Of a stretch of DNA of 64,000 bases, positions 53,281 through 64,000 are shown piece after piece. Made by a program: the position numbers and the translations under genes. Position 1 is the first letter of the stretch, and each line of letters opens with the position of its first letter. This stretch comes from Alphaproteobacteria bacterium (GTDB taxonomy: Bacteria; Pseudomonadota; Alphaproteobacteria; UBA828). The notes below the pieces were generated by a model that was not told the DNA's origin, did no database searches, and saw only the letters and a list, made by a program, of their open reading frames with translations. Location of the stretch: NCBI GenBank assembly GCA_963667785.2, contig CAXXMU010000006.1, positions 672,001-736,000 of the forward strand, read 5' to 3'.

Positions 53281-54933
53281 ATGACCGGCGCCGACCTCCT
53301 GGTGAAGATCCTCAAGGCGGAGGGCATCCGCCGCTGCTTCTGCTTCCCCAACAGCCCGATCATCGAGGCGATGGCGCGGGCCGACGTGCCGGTCATCACC
53401 ACGCGGCAGGAGCGCGTCGCCGGCAACATGGCGGACGGCGTCTCGCGCTCCACCAACGGCCGCGAGATCGGCGTCTTCACCGTGCAGGCGCTGGCCGGCT
53501 CCGAGAACGCGTTCGCCGGCGTCGCCCAGGCGCACACCGATTCGACTCCGGTGCTCTTCCTCCCCGGCCATCCCGGCACCTCCTACATCGACCAGCCGCC
53601 GACCTTCGACAGCACCGCCAACTACGCGGCGACGACGAAGATGGCGCAGAAGGTGCTGGCCGCCGACCAGCTCCCGATCAAGCTGCGCCAGGCTTTCACC
53701 GCGCTCCGCTCGGGCAGGCCGCAGCCGGTGATGCTGGAGTTGCCGGGCGACGTCTGCGCCGCCGAGATCGAGGACGACGTGCCCTATGCGCCGGTGCGGC
53801 GCATGCGATCCGCCGCCGACGAGAGCGCGGTGCGCGAGGCGGCCGAGCGGCTGCTGCAGGCCGAGACGCCGCTGATCTGGGCCGGCCAGGGCGTGCTCTA
53901 TGCCGAGGCGAGCGACGAGCTCGCCGAGGTCGCCACGCTCCTCGGCGCGCCGGTGGCGACGACGCTGCAGGGCAAGAGCGCGATTCCCGAAGCGCATCCG
54001 CTGGCGGCCGGCGTCGGCGCGCTGTCGACCACCGCCATGACCGCCCACTACCTGCAGGCGAGCGATTGCGTGCTGGCGGTGGGCACCAGCCTCACACGGG
54101 CGCCGTTCACGCCGGTGCTGCCTGAGGGCAAGACGATCGTCCACGCCACCGCGGACCCCATCGACATCAACAAGGAGTATCCGGCGGCGCTCGGCATCGT
54201 CGCCGACGCGAAGCTCTTCCTCGCGCAGCTTGCCGCCGAGCTCGGGCGCCAGGTGGGCGAGGGCCGTGCCGCGCAGCGCGCCGAGACGGCGGAGACCATC
54301 GCGCGCCTCAAGCGCGACTGGCGCGCGGACTACGAGCCGCTCTTCGCCGACGACGCCGCGCCGATCAACGGCTACCGCATGATGCGGGAGCTGTGGTCCC
54401 TGCTCGACCCCGAGACCACCATGCTCACCCACGAATCCGGCGCCTCGCGGGACATCCAGAGCGTCTTCTACGAATCCGGCCCGCCGCGCAGCTACCTCGG
54501 CTGGGGCCAGTCCTCGCAGCTCGGCTTCTCGCTCGGCCTCGCCATGGGGGCGAAGCTCGCCAACCCGGAGAAGCTGGTGGTCAACGTCATGGGCGACGCC
54601 GCCGTCGGCATGACCGGCATGGACTGGGAGACCGCGTCACGCAACGACATCCCCATCCTCACCGTGGTCAAGCACGATTCCATCTTCTCCGGCTATGACC
54701 GCAACATCCCCGAGGCCTCGGCGCGCTACCGGGCCAACACCCAGCAGGGCGACTATGCGGCCATCGCCCGCGGCCTCGGCTGCCATGCCGAGAGGGTGAG
54801 CGAGACGGCGGCGCTCAGGCCCGCGCTGGAGCGCGCGATCCGGGCCGTCGGCGAGGGGCAGCCGGCGGTGGTCGACGTCATCACCGCCGAGACCACAAAA
54901 CTCTCCCGCCTCGCACCGACCTCGATCGGCTGA
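53281..54933 (+). CDS. Thiamine pyrophosphate-dependent enzyme (acetolactate synthase-like family)
   Basis: RQERVAGNMADG, GRPQPVMLELP, VMGDAAVGM TPP motif. Confidence 0.9.
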   Translation: MTGADLLVKILKAEGIRRCFCFPNSPIIEAMARADVPVITTRQERVAGNMADGVSRSTNGREIGVFTVQALAGSENAFAGVAQAHTDSTPVLFLPGHPGTSYIDQPPTFDSTANYAATTKMAQKVLAADQLPIKLRQAFTALRSGRPQPVMLELPGDVCAAEIEDDVPYAPVRRMRSAADESAVREAAERLLQAETPLIWAGQGVLYAEASDELAEVATLLGAPVATTLQGKSAIPEAHPLAAGVGALSTTAMTAHYLQASDCVLAVGTSLTRAPFTPVLPEGKTIVHATADPIDINKEYPAALGIVADAKLFLAQLAAELGRQVGEGRAAQRAETAETIARLKRDWRADYEPLFADDAAPINGYRMMRELWSLLDPETTMLTHESGASRDIQSVFYESGPPRSYLGWGQSSQLGFSLGLAMGAKLANPEKLVVNVMGDAAVGMTGMDWETASRNDIPILTVVKHDSIFSGYDRNIPEASARYRANTQQGDYAAIARGLGCHAERVSETAALRPALERAIRAVGEGQPAVVDVITAETTKLSRLAPTSIG

Positions 54934-54986
54934 CGCGCGGCCGACGCCGGACCCGCCCGGCCCGGCGTGGACGACACGAACGACAC

Positions 54987-56223
54987 ATGAGCGAGACCGA
55001 CCACACGGCGCCGGCTGGGGAGACCTCCGTCTATCCGGTGGTTCGCCTCATCGCGGCGCTGGTGCTGGTCACCGTCGGCGGCGCCGCCATGTATGCGGTG
55101 ATCGTGGCCCTCAAGCCGGCCTCGCTCGAGTTCGGCGTGAGCCGGGGCGTGGCCTCGCTGCCCTACATGACGGCGCCGGCTGTTCATGGCCACGGCCGGC
55201 GTGGGCGGCGTGGTGATGGGGCGGCTCGCCGACCGCTTCGGCGTGCTGGTGCCGGTGCTGATCGGCTGTGTCGGACTCCCCGCCGGCATGGCCGGCGCGG
55301 CCTTCGCCGAGGAGTTCTGGCAGTTCGTCGCGGCGCTCGGCGTGCTCTCCGGCATGCTCGGCACGTCGGCCGTGTTCGCCCCGGTGGCCGCCGACATCTC
55401 CCTCTGGTTCACCCGCCGGCGCGGACTCGCCGTAGCCATCGTGGTGACGGGGACCTACTTCGCCGGCGCGCTGTGGCCGCCGATCGTCCAGGTCTCGCTC
55501 GATGCGCGGGGCTGGCGCGAGACCTTCATCATCATCGCCATCGTCATGGCCTGCGTGATGCTGCCGCTCGCCGCAGTCCTCCACCGCAAGCCGGCGGTGC
55601 TCACGGCGGCGCAGCAGGCGCGCGCGGCGCTGGGGGCGACGAGGCCGCTCGGGCTCGCCCCCGGCACGCTGCAATGTCTGGTCTGCGTGGCCGGGCTCGG
55701 CTGCTGCACGGCGATGGCGATGCCGCAGGTGCACATCGTCGCCCACGTCTCGGACCTCGGCTACGCCGCCCAGCGCGGCGCCGAGATGCTCTCGCTCATG
55801 CTGGGCACGGGAATCGTGAGCCGCATCGCGTCGGGCTTCATCTCGGACCGGATCGGGGGCCTGCGCACGCTGCTGCTCGGCTCGGTGCTGCAGGCGCTGG
55901 CGCTCGCGGCCTTCCTCGGCGCCGACACGCTGACGCTGCTCTACGTCGTCTCGGCGGCGTTCGGCCTCTCGCAGGGCGGCATCGTGCCGTCCTACACCAT
56001 CATCATCAGGACCTATTTTGCCGCGCACGAGGCGGGCCGGCGGGTGGGCTGGGCGATGCTCTTCACCTTCGCCGGCATGGCGCTCGGCGGCTGGATGGCC
56101 GGCGCGCTCTACGATGTGACCGGCTCGTATACAGCCTCCTTCGTCAACGCCATCGCCTTCAACGTGCTGAACGCGGCGATCGTGATCTACCTCACCCGGC
56201 GCCACCGGGCGCTCGCGGCCTAG
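54987..56223 (+). pseudogene. MFS transporter, frameshifted near 55170-55180
   Basis: N-terminal frame (RLIAALVLVTVGG..SLPYM) shifts to LFMATAGVGGVVMGRLADRFG in the +1 frame. Confidence 0.8.
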
Positions 56224-56262
56224 AGACCCGTCCGAGAAGTTTCCGAGCGTTCGCCCCACACA

Positions 56263-56357
56263 CGTCATGGCCGGACTGGTTCCGGCCATCCACGTGTTTG
56301 CCCGGTGACGGGTGGGCCTTGCTGAGAGAGATGCCCGGACCGAGTCCGGACATGACG
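56263..56357. repeat. Palindromic intergenic repeat (GTCATG-CCGG family), copy 2
   Basis: cgtcatggccggactggttccggccatc ... gatgcccggaccgagtccggacatgacg. Confidence 0.78.
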
Positions 56358-56371
56358 ACAGAAAGAGAGCG

Positions 56372-58228
56372 TTAGGAGGCAGCGACCTCCTCTTCCTGCT
56401 GGCCTCCGCCTTGCCGCTCGCGGCGCAGCGCCTCCGTCGCGACCACGTCGACGGCGAGGTCGTCGTCCGCCTCGGAGCCGGTGATCACGACGCCGTAGAG
56501 GTCTCGCGCGCGAGCGCGGGAGACGTAGCGCTCGTTCACGTCGTCGAGCACCCGCTCCGGCTCGCGCTCCAGCGGGTCGCCGTAGCCGCCGCCGCCGTTG
56601 TCGATGGCGTGCAGCCTGGAGCCCGGCTCGAGATGGCAGTAGGCGTCGGTCTCGTAGACCTCGCGGGTTCCATCCGTCGCGATCTTGGCCTGATAGCCCG
56701 CATGCGAGGCCAGCCCCCCGCGCACGCCCTGCGGCAGGATCGTGAGCCCGTTGCAGATGTTGATGACCAGCATCGGGTCGTGGCGCGGGCCGAAGACGAC
56801 CTCCGACGCGGGCCCGCCGCGCCGGCGGCCGGCGCCGCAGGAATCGACCAGCGCGCGCACGCTGTCGACCTGAAAGGGGAAGCGCTGCTCGTTGACCTCG
56901 ATGCTGTCGCGGTAGACGAGGCCGACGCTGACCGGGTTGACCAGGCCGTGCATGCCGTCGGTCCGGGCGGAGGCCGGCATGCCGCCGGCCGACATGAACA
57001 TCTGGTTGACGTAGGGCGCGCCGCCGCGCCGCCAGTCCTTGCCGGAGCAGACCCCGGTGCCGGCGCCGTTGCAGAAGTTGCCCTGGCTGAAGCCGAAGCC
57101 GTCGCCCAGGGCGGCGAAGGCCGACTGGATCAGGTTGATGATCATGTCGGTCATGTTGGTGGTGGCGACCGAGCAGCTATGGGGAAAGCGCGGGATGCCG
57201 ACCACGCAGTTCTCCCTGAGCAGCACCTCGAGGCGGCGGAAGCTGCCGGCGTTGTGCGGGATGTCGGGATCGAGGCAGGCGAAGACAGCCTGGGCCGCCG
57301 CCATGGTCGAGGTGACGCGGGTGAGGTTCATGCCGGCGTCCACGCAATCGGGGTTGTCGCGCAGATCGACCGTGATGAAGCCGGCCTCGCCGTCGATGTC
57401 GATCGCCACCCTGACCGGGATGCCGTCGGGCAGGAAGGGCTGGATCGGATCGTGGCAGCCCTCGTTCTCGAGCCGGCCGCTCGGCAGCGCCCTGATGGAT
57501 TCGCGCGCCCGCCGTTCCGAATAGTCGAGCCATTCGCCGATGAAGGCCCGGACCGCCCCGACGCCGTACTTGCCGATGAACGCCTTGAGCCGCCGCTCGC
57601 CGATGCGGGCTGCGCCGATGGCGGCGAGATAGTCGCCGAACCACTGGTCGGGCACCCGGATGCGGCGCCTGCACATGCGCACGATGTCGTCCACGTCCCG
57701 GAAGTCCCGCTGCACCTGGACGCAGGGGAAGATCAGCGCGCCTTCGTGATAGACGTCCTTCGCGGCGGCGAAATAGGTGGTCGGCTGGCTGTTGCCCACG
57801 TCCGCCTGGTGCGCCTTCACGCCCACGGTGAAGAAGTGCTCGCCCTCGTGGAACACCGGCACCAAGATGGTGTGGTCGGCGGCGTGGCTGTTGCCGCCGT
57901 AGGGATCGTTGTCGAGGAAGGCGTCGCCCTCGCGGAAGCCGGGGTGCCTCTCGCTCATGATGGTGGTCTGGATGTTCATGCCGAAGACGTGGATCGGCAT
58001 GGCCTCCGCCGTCGCCAGCACCTCGTGCTCGGCGGTGATGATGGCGCACGAGAAATCCCGCGCGATGCCGATGACGGCCGAGCGCGCGCTGTGCAGGACG
58101 GTGTTGGTCATCTCGCGGCAGATCGCGTCCATGCGGTTGGCCATGACCGCGAGATTGAGGGCGCTGATCTGCTCCTCGCTCTCGGCGGCGCAGGTTGCGG
58201 TCGCTGAAGCGGTCGATGCGTCGTTCAT
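56372..58228 (-). CDS. Hydantoinase B/oxoprolinase family protein
   Basis: ARDFSCA, DNDPYGGNSHAAD, DSCGAGRRRGG, GGGGYGDP. Confidence 0.92.
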   Translation of the reverse strand: MNDASTASATATCAAESEEQISALNLAVMANRMDAICREMTNTVLHSARSAVIGIARDFSCAIITAEHEVLATAEAMPIHVFGMNIQTTIMSERHPGFREGDAFLDNDPYGGNSHAADHTILVPVFHEGEHFFTVGVKAHQADVGNSQPTTYFAAAKDVYHEGALIFPCVQVQRDFRDVDDIVRMCRRRIRVPDQWFGDYLAAIGAARIGERRLKAFIGKYGVGAVRAFIGEWLDYSERRARESIRALPSGRLENEGCHDPIQPFLPDGIPVRVAIDIDGEAGFITVDLRDNPDCVDAGMNLTRVTSTMAAAQAVFACLDPDIPHNAGSFRRLEVLLRENCVVGIPRFPHSCSVATTNMTDMIINLIQSAFAALGDGFGFSQGNFCNGAGTGVCSGKDWRRGGAPYVNQMFMSAGGMPASARTDGMHGLVNPVSVGLVYRDSIEVNEQRFPFQVDSVRALVDSCGAGRRRGGPASEVVFGPRHDPMLVINICNGLTILPQGVRGGLASHAGYQAKIATDGTREVYETDAYCHLEPGSRLHAIDNGGGGYGDPLEREPERVLDDVNERYVSRARARDLYGVVITGSEADDDLAVDVVATEALRRERQGGGQQEEEVAAS

Positions 58229-58318
58229 GGCGTGGCGCGCGCTCCTCGGGCTGGCCTAGCCTCGGCCGAGCTTAGCATGGTGCGCCCTAGCGGGCGTATG
58301 ACGGGCTGGCGCTTGTGA

Positions 58319-59572
<1,254 letters not shown>

Positions 59573-59701
59573 GGGCGGCCTGACGGACCGCTCACGCAGC
59601 GTTGAGTTGCCGTGAGCGCGCGGCGGTGCCATGTCTCTCCGCAAGAGCCCCGTGCACGCGCGCCGGGGCGGGACGCGACTGACACGAGCGGAGGGTCCTC
59701 G

Positions 59702-60691
59702 ATGCTGATCAAGATCAAGCGGGGCTGGGAGCTGCCGGATTCCGCCGCAACTCCGGAATCGGTGTTCATGAACCGGCGCACGCTGCTGAAGGGCCTCGCC
59801 ACCGGCCCGCTGCTGGCGGCGGGCGCTGTGCTGCCGTTCGCGGGCGGGCTGGGGCCTGCGCGCGCGGACGAGGAGGAAGACCCCACCGCCCACCTCTACC
59901 CGGTGGAGCAGAACCCGGCCTACACCCTCGACCGGCCGCTCACGCCGGAGGACTTCGCCACCACCTACAACAACTACTACGAGTTCGGCTCCTACAAGGA
60001 GATCTGGCAGCAGGCCCAGAAGCTCCCGATCCGGCCCTGGACGGTCCAGATCGACGGGCTGGTGGAGGAGCCGATGGAGATCGGCATCGACGACCTGCTG
60101 GCGAAGATGCCGCTCGAGGAGCGGCTCTACCGCCACCGCTGCGTCGAGGCCTGGTCCATCGCCGTCCCCTACAGCGGCTTCCCGCTCAAGGCGCTGCTCG
60201 ATTTCGCGCGGCCGCTGGGCGACGCCAGGTACCTGCTCATGCAGACCTTCGAGGACGACGACGTGGCGGAGGGCCAGAGGCAGTTCTGGTATCCCTGGCC
60301 CTATATCGAGGGCCTGACCATGGCCGAGGCCGCGAACGAGCTTTCCTTCATCGCCACCGGCTACTACGGCAAGCCGATCCCGAAGCAGAACGGCGCGCCG
60401 CTCCGCCTCGCCGTGCCGTGGAAGTACGGCTTCAAGCACATCAAGGGCATCGTCCGCTTCAGCTTCACCGAAGACCGGCCGGTCTCCTTCTGGGAGGAGC
60501 TCGCGGGCAACGAGTACGGCTTCTGGGCCAACGTCAACCCCGAGGTGTCGCACCCGCGCTGGAGCCAGGCGAACGAGAAGTTCTACGGCCCGGACGGGAT
60601 GGAGCGGCTGCCCACGCAGCTCTACAACGGCTACGCCGAACAGGTTGCATCGCTCTACACCGGCATGGAGAACGAGCCGCTCTTCATGTAG
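59702..60691 (+). CDS. msrP: Protein-methionine-sulfoxide reductase catalytic subunit
   Basis: NRRTLL Tat motif, YNNYYEFG, RHRCVEAWS, PWKYGFK, HPRWSQA; start reset to 59702. Confidence 0.95.
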   Translation: MLIKIKRGWELPDSAATPESVFMNRRTLLKGLATGPLLAAGAVLPFAGGLGPARADEEEDPTAHLYPVEQNPAYTLDRPLTPEDFATTYNNYYEFGSYKEIWQQAQKLPIRPWTVQIDGLVEEPMEIGIDDLLAKMPLEERLYRHRCVEAWSIAVPYSGFPLKALLDFARPLGDARYLLMQTFEDDDVAEGQRQFWYPWPYIEGLTMAEAANELSFIATGYYGKPIPKQNGAPLRLAVPWKYGFKHIKGIVRFSFTEDRPVSFWEELAGNEYGFWANVNPEVSHPRWSQANEKFYGPDGMERLPTQLYNGYAEQVASLYTGMENEPLFM

Positions 60692-60869
60692 CGCCGCCCG
60701 GCGGGGTGCAGGCGGCCGCGGGGGCGGCCGCCGTTCCCGCCCGTTCCGCCCGCCGGATCGTCTCCACCGCCTCGCCCTTACCCCTCTCGGCGGCCCCACG
60801 GGCCGCTGCGGGGCATGCGCGCGCCGGGCGCATGGCAGGAGCGTCGCGTGCGCCCCGTGTGCAGCGCGC

Positions 60870-60900
60870 AAAAAAGTGGCCGGGTCCGAAGACCCGGCCA
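60870..60900 (-). terminator. Rho-independent terminator
   Basis: tggccgggtc-ttcg-gacccggcca followed by C and T6 on the minus strand. Confidence 0.88.
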
Positions 60901-61000
60901 GTCTAACAGGGAGGCTTCACGTCTAGGAGACGTGGGATCCGAAGATCCCCTTCAGGCCTTGCACCTGAAGACGGTGTGCCGGGGATAGGCCGCCCCGGCG
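60870..61000 (-). ncRNA. Structured small RNA candidate (AbcR-position analogue)
   Basis: Five consecutive hairpins, two with cUUCGg loops, single-stranded CCUCCCUGUU, ends in a Rho-independent terminator; directly downstream of lsrB/vtlR; 5' end uncertain. Confidence 0.72.
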
Positions 61001-61084
61001 AAATCCTCGCGGCATGACTCATGCGCCATGCTGCGGTGCAGTATTTATGGCCTGCGGCGCGCCGGCGCTAGGGGATGGGAAGCA

Positions 61085-61116
61085 GGTCAGCCATGCAGGG
61101 AACGCATGGCCTGACC
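61085..61116. promoter_or_regulatory. Candidate LysR (T-N11-A) box or hairpin upstream of the sRNA
   Basis: ggtcag-ccatgc-agggaac-gcatgg-c-ctgacc; core TGCAGGGAACGCA is T-N11-A. Confidence 0.5.
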
Positions 61117-61120
61117 GGCA

Positions 61121-62011
61121 TCAGAAGCGCCAGTTGGCCACTTCGTTCAGCAGGAAGTCGCGGAAGACGCCGATGCGCTTGGAATAGCGCAGCTCCTCGG
61201 CATAGGTGAAATAGGCGTTGAAGGGCGGGCCCTGAAGCTCCGGCAGCACCCGCTGCAATTGCCGGCTGCCCCAGGCCACGTAGTCGGGCAGCGCGGCGAT
61301 CCCGAGCCCGCTTTCCGCCGCCTGGCGCAGGCAATAGACGTTGTTCGATTCCAGCACGATGCGGCCTTCGGCGCGGGGATCGCCCGAGCGGGCAATCAGC
61401 CACTCGGGATCGGCGATATCGGCGAGCGGCCCCTGGCCGTAGATGATCAGGCGCTGGCGGGCGAGGTCGTCGATCGTCTCGATCGGCCCGAAGTGCGCGA
61501 GATAGTCCGGCGCGGCGTAGATGTGCCAGTGGATGGTCATCAGGTGGCGGCGGATGAGGTCGGGCTCGGTCGGCTCCTTCATGCGGATCGCCACGTCCGC
61601 CTCGCGCATGGCGAGGTCGAGCATGTTGTCCGAGGTCAGCAGGGTGACGATGATGTCGGGATAGAGGGCGTGGAAGGCGCGGATGCGCGGCGTGAGCCAC
61701 ACCGAGCCGAAGGCGAGCGTCGTGGTGATGGTCAGCGGCCCCGAGGGCCGGTCACGCGAATCAACGATCTGCGCCTCGGTCATCGCGAGCTTGGCCGAGA
61801 CCTCGCGGGTGGCGCGGTAGAGCACCTCCCCCTGCTCCGTCAGCAGCAGCCCGCGCGAGTGACGGTGGAACAGGACCACGCCGAGGCTCTTCTCCAGGGC
61901 CGCGATCTGGCGGCTCACCGCCGACTGGCTGAGCTCGAGGATGTCGCCGGCGCGGGTGAAGCTGCCGTTCTCGGCGACCGTCTGAAAGATTCGCAGCCGG
62001 TTCCAGTCCAT
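61121..62011 (-). CDS. lsrB: LysR-family regulator LsrB/VtlR
   Basis: MDWNRLRIF, SQSAVSRQI, LFHRHSRGLLLTEQGE, MREADVAIR, FRDFL; directly downstream of trxB as in rhizobia and Brucella. Confidence 0.85.
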   Translation of the reverse strand: MDWNRLRIFQTVAENGSFTRAGDILELSQSAVSRQIAALEKSLGVVLFHRHSRGLLLTEQGEVLYRATREVSAKLAMTEAQIVDSRDRPSGPLTITTTLAFGSVWLTPRIRAFHALYPDIIVTLLTSDNMLDLAMREADVAIRMKEPTEPDLIRRHLMTIHWHIYAAPDYLAHFGPIETIDDLARQRLIIYGQGPLADIADPEWLIARSGDPRAEGRIVLESNNVYCLRQAAESGLGIAALPDYVAWGSRQLQRVLPELQGPPFNAYFTYAEELRYSKRIGVFRDFLLNEVANWRF

Positions 62012-62038
62012 GGCACCCGTCCGGCGCCGCGCGGGCGC

Positions 62039-63007
62039 TCAAGCGGCCGCGGCCGCCTCCGGCGTCTCGGCCTCGGCAAGAAACTTCTCGGCCTCCAGCG
62101 CGCCCATGCAGCCGGTGCCGGCGGCGGTCACGGCCTGGCGGAACAGCTTGTCCTGCACGTCGCCGGCGGCGAAGACGCCCGGCACGCTGGTCTTCGTGCT
62201 GTCGGCCTCGGTCAGGATGTAGCCCTCGTCGTCCATCGCCAGCTGGCCGGCGAACAGCGCGGTGTTGGGGCTGTGCCCGATGGCGACGAACACGCCGGAT
62301 ACGGGGAGCTGCCGCTCCGCGCCCGTCTTGGCGTGGCGCAGCCGGGTCCCTGTCACCGCCGGCGGCTCGCTCTCGCCCTCGATCTCCGCCAGCACATGGT
62401 CCCACAGGACCTCGATCTTCTCGTTACGGAAGAGGCGGTCCTGGAGGATCTTCTCGGCCCTGAGCGCGTCGCGGCGGTGGACGAGGGTGACCGTGCGCGC
62501 GTGGTTGGTGAGGTAGAGCGCCTCCTCGACGGCCGTGTTGCCGCCGCCGATCACCGCCACGTCCTTGCCGCGGAAGAAGAACCCGTCGCAGGTCGCACAG
62601 GCCGAGACGCCGAAGCCCATGAAGCGCTGCTCGCTCTCGAGGCCCAGCCACTTCGCCTGCGCGCCGGTACAGATGATGACCGTGTCGCCCACGTAGAGAT
62701 CGCCGGAATCGCCGGTGCAGACGAAGGGGCGCTCGCCGAAATCCACGGCGACCACCATGTCGTGGATCAGCCGCGTGCCCACCGCCCCGGCCTGGCTCGC
62801 CATCTGCTCCATCAGCCACGGCCCCTGGACGATGTCGGCGAAGCCCGGATAGTTCTCGACGTCGGTGGTGATGGTGAGCTGGCCGCCGGGCTCCAGGCCC
62901 TGCACCATGATCGGCTCCAGGTTGGCGCGCGCGGCGTAGATCGCCGCCGAATAGCCGGCGGGGCCGGAGCCGATGATCACGACCTTGCTGCGGTGGGTCG
63001 TCGCCAT
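62039..63007 (-). CDS. trxB: Thioredoxin reductase
   Basis: IIGSGPAG, SACATCDGFF, GGGNTAVEEA, FAAGDV. Confidence 0.98.
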   Translation of the reverse strand: MATTHRSKVVIIGSGPAGYSAAIYAARANLEPIMVQGLEPGGQLTITTDVENYPGFADIVQGPWLMEQMASQAGAVGTRLIHDMVVAVDFGERPFVCTGDSGDLYVGDTVIICTGAQAKWLGLESEQRFMGFGVSACATCDGFFFRGKDVAVIGGGNTAVEEALYLTNHARTVTLVHRRDALRAEKILQDRLFRNEKIEVLWDHVLAEIEGESEPPAVTGTRLRHAKTGAERQLPVSGVFVAIGHSPNTALFAGQLAMDDEGYILTEADSTKTSVPGVFAAGDVQDKLFRQAVTAAGTGCMGALEAEKFLAEAETPEAAAAA

Positions 63008-63090
63008 GCGCGTCTCCCGTTACGGCCGGCGCCGGGGCGGGCGCCGCTCTCTCCGCACTGCGCAAAGATAGGGGCCGCGCCACCGCCCGT

Positions 63091-64000
63091 TCAAGGGGCG
63101 GCCTGCGCTGCGCGCCAGCGCTCGTAGTGCCGGCCCACGATCCCGGCCGCGCGCGCGGTCTCGTCCAGCGGCGGGCGCGGCGCCCAGTCGTTGATCGGGC
63201 CGGTGAAGGGCGCGATCAGCCGGTCCTCGCGAAGCCCCTGGAAGAAGCGGTCGATCCGCTTCGAGCCGCGTCCCCGCATCGGCGCGACGTAGACGGGCTT
63301 GCCGCTGGCGCAGGCCTCCGAGGTCATGCTGACGGAATCGCCGGTGACGACGATCGCGTCGGCGAGCGCGAGGTAGCCGAAATAGGGGTTCTCGCCCTCG
63401 CCGCGCCAGAGCTGCGCCGGCGTGTCCTCCAGCGCCCGGACGAGCGCCTCCATGCTCGCGGGCGCGGTGCGCCGCGACGCAGTGATCGCGAGGCCGGCGC
63501 CCGCCTCGCCCGCCATCGCCGCGAGCGCCCGGCCGAGTGCCGTGCCGTCCGCCGGCTCGAAGCGGTGCCGCCGGCTCGCGCCGCCCACCAGCACCGCGAC
63601 CAGGGGCCGGGGCAGGGCCTCGAGTTCGGGCGCGAAGCGGCGCCCGGCCTCAGCGAGGCGCGCCGGCGTGACCCGATGCAGCGCGGTGCGGGTCTCGACC
63701 ACGTTGGGGCCCCGCACCCGGTCATGGCGCGGGGCGACCACCAGGTCGAAGCGCCGGGGCGCCACCCGCGGGTCCTGAACGAAGACCGTGAAGCAGCCGG
63801 CCGCGCGCCTCAGCCCGAGCGCGAGCCCCACTGCCCTGCGCCCGCTTGCGATCAGGAGCGACGGCCAGGGCGGCTCCAGCGGATCGCTGCCGGCCGCGAG
63901 CGCCCGCAGCGGCGGCATGACGGGCGCCGGGGGCAGATGGCGCCAGGGCGACGCCGGGGTGCTGCGCTTCACCACCGTCTCCTCGCCCACCGCCCCGGCG
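63091..64000 (-). CDS. Mitochondrial fission ELM1-like family protein (5' end outside window)
   Basis: PPWPSLLIASGRR, QDPR..FDLVVAPRHD, SRRT, NPYFGYL, VTGDSVSMTSEA. Confidence 0.88.
   Translation of the reverse strand, partial: AGAVGEETVVKRSTPASPWRHLPPAPVMPPLRALAAGSDPLEPPWPSLLIASGRRAVGLALGLRRAAGCFTVFVQDPRVAPRRFDLVVAPRHDRVRGPNVVETRTALHRVTPARLAEAGRRFAPELEALPRPLVAVLVGGASRRHRFEPADGTALGRALAAMAGEAGAGLAITASRRTAPASMEALVRALEDTPAQLWRGEGENPYFGYLALADAIVVTGDSVSMTSEACASGKPVYVAPMRGRGSKRIDRFFQGLREDRLIAPFTGPINDWAPRPPLDETARAAGIVGRHYERWRAAQAAP

Noticed and set aside
60870-61000. tRNA or riboswitch reading of the hairpin cluster
   Set aside because: No cloverleaf, T-loop or CCA; it lies between convergent gene ends, so there is no downstream gene for cis regulation

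Overview
High-GC alphaproteobacterial chromosome segment; the gene order (rpiB-glyA-nrdR-rib-nusB-thiL, trxB-lsrB/vtlR, ELM1-like gene) is typical of Alphaproteobacteria. Core blocks are a RamB-type regulator divergent from aceB-aceA (glyoxylate shunt), the riboflavin/nusB/thiL cluster, clpS-clpA, gatCAB, ndk, tadA, a UbiH/UbiL-type hydroxylase, aspartate aminotransferase, msrP and trxB-LysR. These are interleaved with many catabolic genes for amides and organic nitrogen: acetamidase, N-acyl-D-amino-acid deacylase, cysteine hydrolase, GcvT-family dehydrogenase, two orphan hydantoinase B genes, a glutamine-synthetase-like ligase and N,N-dimethylformamidase small and large subunits. Signals not captured by the ORF track: (1) a five-hairpin, anti-Shine-Dalgarno-bearing sRNA candidate directly downstream of lsrB/vtlR, at the position AbcR occupies in rhizobia; (2) a helically phased GGGAY/GGCAC array in a ~570 bp intergenic region; (3) a chrA pseudogene broken into pieces around a lower-GC islet; (4) a low-GC MerR-HTH/DUF433 + PIN toxin-antitoxin islet with one +1 frameshift in each gene, next to a HigA-like antitoxin remnant; (5) several palindromic repeats, two of them anchored on TAG stop codons. 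No tRNA, rRNA, CRISPR array, integrase or transposase was recognised. All family calls come from motif recognition by eye, not database searches, and GC contrasts were judged visually.
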